From: Scyliorhinus canicula
Lineage: Eukaryota
NCBI RefSeq assembly: GCF_902713615.1
Contig: NW_024055458.1
Location: 186,001-250,000, forward strand
Direction of reading: 5' to 3'
Length of the DNA stretch: 64,000 nucleotides
Shown: positions 61,632-64,000 of the stretch, in pieces
Position numbering within the stretch: the stretch's first letter is position 1
How the letters are laid out: each line of letters opens with the position of its first letter
The notes under the pieces: generated by a model
What the model saw: the letters and a program-made list of their open reading frames with translations, nothing else
Databases searched by the model: none
What the model was told of the DNA's origin: nothing
Made by a program: the position numbers and the translations under genes

Positions 61632-62404
61632 AGAGATGCCATTCACATCTCAATGTGAGATGGGATTGCACCTTTCTTTGCACCTGCTGTGACACCAACA
61701 ATTTCACAATTGAATACAGGGGTTGGATTCTGCTGTTATTGTTTCTGCTCTACACCCAGGACTGCATTTTGTTCATTCTGACAGGTGGTCAGTGGGGATG
61801 GTCGGAGGGTTTCTTTCTGCTGGACTGGCCGGTCTCACCACTTTGCCTCCAGTGGGCTGATGCTCTTTGAGCCTTGTTGCTAATACCTGGCTTCAAATTG
61901 CACAAGGATCACAGAGTAAAAGGGGGTTTGGAAGTGTGAAGATATTTAGTTGCTTTTTCTGTTTGATACCCCCTCAAAGCATGCCACGTTGCCATGGAGA
62001 TGCGCCCTGGTGGTTACATGGTTCTTTTGTTTAATTTATCTGGGTGTTCCTCACAGAAGAAAACTATCTGGGTACGAGGGGCAAGTTGTCTGAGGTGGAC
62101 TGGGAAACTGATTGGTACAGGGAATACCTAATAGTTAAGGAATTATTTCATATTTATCAGGGGGTTGGTTTGCTCAGTTGGCTGGACGACTGGTTTGTGA
62201 TGCAGAGCAAGGCCAACAGTGAGGATTCAACTCCCGTACTGGCTGAGTTTATTCATGAAGGCCCGGCCTTCTCAACCAGGCCCATCGCCTGAGGTGTACT
62301 GACCCTCGGGTTAAATCACCTCCAGTCAGCTCTCTCTCTGTCAAAGGGGAGAGCAGCCTATGCTCCTCTAGGATTTTTGCAACCTTTATTCACATAAATA
62401 CAAC

Positions 62405-62780
62405 TTCAAGCGGCTATTGGATAGGTACATGGATTATGGTAGAATAATGGAGTGTAGATTAATTTGTTCTTAAGGGCAGCATGGTAGCATTGTGGATAGC
62501 ACAATTGCTTCACAGCTCCAGGGTCCCAGGTTCGATTTCGGCTTAGGTCATTGTGTGGAGTCTGCACATCCTCCCCGTGTGTGCGTGGGTTTCTTCCGGG
62601 TGCTCCAGTTTCCTCCCACAGTCCAAAGATGTGCAGGTTGGGTGGATTGGCCATGATAAATTGCCCTTAGTGTCCAAAATTCTATGATCTATGATTAACC
62701 TTGGACAGAAGTTCGGCACAACATCGTGGGCTGAAGGGCCTGTTCTGTGCTGTATTTCTCGATGTTCTACGTTCTAAATA
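62405..62780 (+). mobile_element. Composite CR1-3'-fragment + V-SINE element, second copy
   Basis: TTCAAGCGGCTATTGGATAGGTACATGG...TTCTTAAGGGCAGCATGGTAGC. Confidence 0.8.
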
Positions 62781-62789
62781 TAGATTCCT

Positions 62790-63240
62790 TTAAGGAACAA
62801 ATATCCAACAGGAAAAGTGATGCAACCTTGGTTAACAAGAAAAGTTAAAGATTCCATGAGATCCATTAGAATTCAACAAAGGAGGATCAAGAAAATGATG
62901 AGAGCAAACTGGCGAGAAAGGAATGTGAAAAGGAAAAGATTAGCAAAGACCAATGTGGGTCCATTCCAGGCAGAGACAGGAAAGTTTATAATGGAGAGTA
63001 AGGAAATGGCAGAGAAACTAAACAATGTGAGTCTGTCTTCACAGAGGAAGATACAGAATTTGTCCCCAAAACACCAGAGAACCAAGGGACTGGCAGAGAT
63101 TAGTATTGGTGAAAAAGTAGCACTGGAGAAATTAATGGGGTTGAAAATGAATAAATACCCAAAAGCTGATGATCTACATCCCAGAGTGTTGAACGAGGTG
63201 GCTGTAGAGATCTCTATTCCTCATTCTAAATTCTCCTGAC
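62790..63240 (+). mobile_element. Degraded CR1 ORF2 middle fragment
   Basis: QPWLT, EMAEKLN and KYPKADDLHPRVLNEVA motifs. Confidence 0.75.
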
Positions 63241-64000
63241 TCTATCTGGAATGGACAAACCTTTGTCTGAGCCAAACGTTTCCTTTTTATGTAGCCATAG
63301 AAGCTTTTACAGTCCATTTTTATGTATTTTTCTAGTTCACATTCTATTCTATTTTTTTCCCTCCGTGTCTTGGTTGAAGAACGGAAGTAAATCCTCAGGA
63401 ATGAATCATCACTTTGGGCAGATTCTGAGATAATTAAGTTTTGACTTCCAGGAAAGAGTAAACTGTAATTGTGGAGTGTGAATTTAGATTGTATAAAGGG
63501 CGAAGTTCTATTTTATAGTTTAATGTATAGGTTTCCGAGTTAAAGTAGCTTCCAGTTTGTTTGTTGCATTAAAAGTCCTGTTGTGTGATCCTTTAATTTG
63601 TTGACTGGGAATTTGAATTTTTCTTAGAAGGTGCTGACCTTTACGGAGATCCTAATCCTGATCCTAATAGGAAGTTTTGTCTTCCTATTTGAGCCTCTGG
63701 CACCTTTCTGTCTCTATTGCTCGTGTCACTGACAGCCAGGTGATGGAGCTGAGGGCTAAATTTAGCTGAGAATAACGGGACCTGTTCCCCAGTTGGGGAA
63801 CTGCCATGGGCGTCGCTAATAGAGACAGGAAGGTGCTGGGGGACTGACTGGGAACTGGACATTCAACCAATCAGGGTTCAGGGCAGGGTGGGGGGGGGGG
63901 GTACCTGGGGCTGACGGTGATGCGACCCCCAGGGTTCAGTGCCCCCGTGTCCAAAGTGGGGAATCATGAGAACAGGGTACAGAGGAGCTGAAGGGAAACC

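Noticed and set aside
60727-61870. Alternative-frame ORFs over the ZNF gene
   Set aside because: Shadows of the 84-bp finger repeat; only the tail of 60988-61692 is informative, as the frameshifted finger 11.
5167-62780. Many tRNA-like A/B box sequences
   Set aside because: All continue into V-SINE bodies or other SINE sequence; none shows a complete cloverleaf followed by a T-run terminator.

Overview
Eukaryotic genomic DNA from a cartilaginous fish; the repeat families and Cmu sequence suggest a carcharhiniform shark such as a catshark (inference). The central feature is one complete, unrearranged shark-type IgM heavy-chain cluster on the + strand: leader 29771/29783-29828, VH 29957-30261, D1 30699-30713, D2 31090-31099, JH 31489-31536, an 11-kb J-C intron, Cmu1-Cmu4 42604-46382, secretory tail to 46444, TM1 50068-50195 and TM2 50334-50342. 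All RSSs (23 | 12/22 | 12/12 | 23), splice sites and reading frames that I checked by hand are intact. The J-C intron holds a 6-kb CA-rich minisatellite, a G-rich 20-mer array and a 29-mer array with about 22 AGCT motifs just upstream of Cmu1, together resembling a switch-like region. Upstream lie a ~5.2-kb tandem segmental duplication with copy-specific insertions (solo LTR, SINEs, and a near-intact 4.9-kb CR1 LINE whose 5'UTR repeats carry CTCF-like motifs) and many CR1, RTE and V-SINE relics. Downstream are L1-like and Rex1-like fragments and a C2H2 zinc-finger gene (10 intact fingers) with a candidate GC-box/NRF1/YY1 promoter. No rRNA, true tRNA gene or CRISPR array was seen. All coordinates were counted by hand; repeat boundaries are approximate. 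Element family names come from recalled motifs, not database searches.
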